From: an uncultured Holophaga sp.
GTDB lineage: Bacteria; Acidobacteriota; Holophagae; Holophagales; Holophagaceae
Length of the DNA stretch: 64,000 bases
Assembly: GCA_963664825.1 (NCBI GenBank)
Contig: OY761614.1
Coordinates: 672,001 to 736,000 of the forward strand
Reading direction: 5' to 3'
This document shows, piece by piece, positions 61,872-64,000 of the stretch. The number at the start of each line of letters is the position of its first letter. Position 1 is the stretch's first letter. Below the pieces are notes generated by a model. The model was not told the origin of the DNA. It saw nothing but the letters and a program-made list of their open reading frames with translations, and made no database searches. The position numbers and the translations under genes were made by a program.

Positions 61872-63260
61872 TCAGATGCGCTCTGGAACCTGGGACCCGA
61901 GGATCTTCCGGAACTGGGCCTTCAGGATGAAGAGCGTCACGATGGACGCCGTAAGATCGGCCACCGGTTCGGCGACCCACACGCCATTCAGCCCCCAATG
62001 GAGGGGGAGCAGGATCAGGAAGGGGATCAGGAACAGGACCTGCCGGGAGAGGGAAAGCACCACGGAGATCTTCGCCCTGCCGATGGACTGGAAGAAACCG
62101 GAGGTCACCATCTGGAATCCGACGATGGGGAACAGCAGGAAGATGAGGCGCATCCCCCTCACGGCCTCGCGGACGAGCTCGGGATCCCGCGTGAAGGCAC
62201 TGGCCACGGTCGTCGGGATGAGCTCTCCGAGGAGGAATCCGCAGGTGGTGACGCAGGTAGCGGTGATCACGGCGCACCGGAAGACGCGCCCCACCCGCTC
62301 GAACTGCCGGGCGCCGAAGTTGAAACCGGCGATGGGCTGCATCCCCATGATCACACCCACCACGATCATCACGAAGAGCCCGGCCAGGCTATTGATGATG
62401 CCGAAGGCACCGATGGCGTAATCCCCCCCGTACCGCGCCAACCGCAGATTGAAGACGACGGCCACCATGCTCGCGCAGAAGAGGGTGGTAAAGTTGGACA
62501 TGCCGATGGCGAAGATGCCCCGGATGATCTTCAGCTTCGGCCGGAAACACCCCGGGATGAAGTGGACGGAGCTGCTCGGACGGGCGAAGTGCAGAAGCGT
62601 CCAGAGGGTGCCGAAGGCCTGGGCGCACACCGTGGCCAGGGCGGCTCCCCGGATCCCCCAATGGAAGGCGAAGATGAAGAGGGGAGCCAGGGCCAGGTTG
62701 ATGCCCACCGTGAGCAGGGTGGTGACCATGGCCTTGCGGGGATAGCCCGAGGCCCTCATGACGCCATTCAGGCCCAGATAGAGGTGCGTAAAGATATTAC
62801 CCAGGAGAATGATCTGCATGAACTGCCGGGCGTAGGGCAGCGTCTCCAGGCTGGCCCCCATACCGAACAGGATCCTGTCCAGGAAGATGAGCCCCAGCAG
62901 GGAGGTGCAGATGCCGATAACCACATTCAGGAAGACCGTATTGCCCAGGATGGCATCCGCTTCGCCCTTGTTGCGTTCTCCCAACCGGATGGAGACCAGG
63001 GAGGCGGCGCCCGCCCCCACCAGGGCCCCGAAGGCCGCTGCCAGGTTCATCACGGGAAAGGTGAGGGCCAGTCCCGAGATGGCCATGGCCCCCACGCCGT
63101 GGCCGATGAACACGCGGTCGATGATGTTGTAGAGCGAGGCGGCAGCAGTGCCGATGATGGCCGGAATGGAATACTGGACCAGGAGTCGCCCCACGCCGCC
63201 CGTCCCCAGGGCATTGCTGGGATGGGCTTCCAGGGAGGCTATGTCGTCATCAATGGGCAT
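61872..63260 (-). CDS. MATE family efflux transporter (MepA-like)
   Basis: LYNIIDRVFIG, WGIRGAALAT, GMQPIAGFNFGA, LSRQ; about 12 TMs. Confidence 0.93.
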   Translation of the reverse strand: MPIDDDIASLEAHPSNALGTGGVGRLLVQYSIPAIIGTAAASLYNIIDRVFIGHGVGAMAISGLALTFPVMNLAAAFGALVGAGAASLVSIRLGERNKGEADAILGNTVFLNVVIGICTSLLGLIFLDRILFGMGASLETLPYARQFMQIILLGNIFTHLYLGLNGVMRASGYPRKAMVTTLLTVGINLALAPLFIFAFHWGIRGAALATVCAQAFGTLWTLLHFARPSSSVHFIPGCFRPKLKIIRGIFAIGMSNFTTLFCASMVAVVFNLRLARYGGDYAIGAFGIINSLAGLFVMIVVGVIMGMQPIAGFNFGARQFERVGRVFRCAVITATCVTTCGFLLGELIPTTVASAFTRDPELVREAVRGMRLIFLLFPIVGFQMVTSGFFQSIGRAKISVVLSLSRQVLFLIPFLILLPLHWGLNGVWVAEPVADLTASIVTLFILKAQFRKILGSQVPERI

Positions 63261-63357
63261 GGTTCTTCTTTTTCAGAGGGAAGTTTATCTGTTCGGGAAG
63301 GCGAAGGCCCCCGGCTGGGGGCCTTCACGGGAAGAAGGAGCGGCTTTCAGAAAAGGT

Positions 63358-64000
63358 TCACAGCCGCCCGCCCAAAGCCTTGTAGAGCGTGATCTGATTG
63401 GTCTGGCAGGCTAGGCGGGTGGCCGCCAGGCCCTGCTGAGCGCCGTAGAGGGATCGCTGAGCCACCAGCACACCCAGATAGCCATCGAGACCTTCCTTGT
63501 AGCGGATCTCGGAGAGGTGATAACTGGCGTCGAGGGCTTCCACCAGGGAACGCTGGGCGTCCAATTGCTCCACGAGAGAGGAACGCCGGACCAGGCCATC
63601 GGCGACTTCCCGGAACCCGGTCTGGATCGCCTTTTCGTACTGGGCGACGGCGATATCCCGATCCAGCTTGGAGACCTTCAGGTTCGCCAATAGGGATCCA
63701 CCGGCGAAGAGGGGCGCTACGATCTGGGGCGTAAAGCTCCAGGTGCGCGTCCCGGAAGAAAAGAGATTCGAGAAATCGGGGCTCATGGTGCCCACCCCCG
63801 CCGTGAGGCTGATGCGGGGGAAGAAGGCCGCTCGCGCCGCTCCGATACTCCCATAGGCCGCCTTGAGCTGGTACTCGGCGTTGAGGATATCGGGACGGCC
63901 GAAGAGCACCGCCGAGGAGAGACCTGCGGAGATGTCCTTCAATTCCCCGGTCCCATCGAGGCCCTTGGGAAGCAGCTCCGGGGGGACAGGAGCACCCACC
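63358..64000 (-). CDS. OprM/NodT-family efflux outer-membrane protein (3' part, truncated by window edge)
   Basis: RPDILNAE, IGAARAAFFPRISLT, LYKALGG. Confidence 0.9.
   Translation of the reverse strand, partial: VGAPVPPELLPKGLDGTGELKDISAGLSSAVLFGRPDILNAEYQLKAAYGSIGAARAAFFPRISLTAGVGTMSPDFSNLFSSGTRTWSFTPQIVAPLFAGGSLLANLKVSKLDRDIAVAQYEKAIQTGFREVADGLVRRSSLVEQLDAQRSLVEALDASYHLSEIRYKEGLDGYLGVLVAQRSLYGAQQGLAATRLACQTNQITLYKALGGRL

Overview
GC-rich bacterial chromosomal segment, mostly housekeeping genes. The gene content is tentatively consistent with an anaerobic Acidobacteriota (Holophagae-like) organism, but this is inference. Core genes: priA, tsaD, gatC, anmK, uvrD/pcrA, nifJ, rubrerythrin, guaB, truA, sdaAB-sdaAA, a four-subunit 2-oxoacid:ferredoxin oxidoreductase, rplM-rpsI-rpsB-tsf, fabD, ffh-rpsP-khpA-rimM, lysS, a TetR-TolC-MFP-RND-nitroreductase operon, a DEAD-box helicase, recQ, a MATE exporter and a partial outer-membrane efflux gene. 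The most interesting block is 11.6-15.2 kb on the minus strand: an outer-membrane barrel, an Ig-like lipoprotein, a mosaic collagen/CBM-like/C1q-like fibre protein and a decayed GT2 glycosyltransferase that the ORF track does not show. Together these look like a candidate glycosylated surface-fibre system. Other signals: a tRNA-Leu(TAA) with a duplicated 3' end (att scar); a complete 1470-bp IS4 element whose conserved transposase C-terminus lies in the -1 frame; four related REP-like palindromes; an orphan plus-strand terminator between ffh and lysS (sRNA candidate); and repeated leaderless-type promoters. All calls come from reading motifs by eye. No searches were run.
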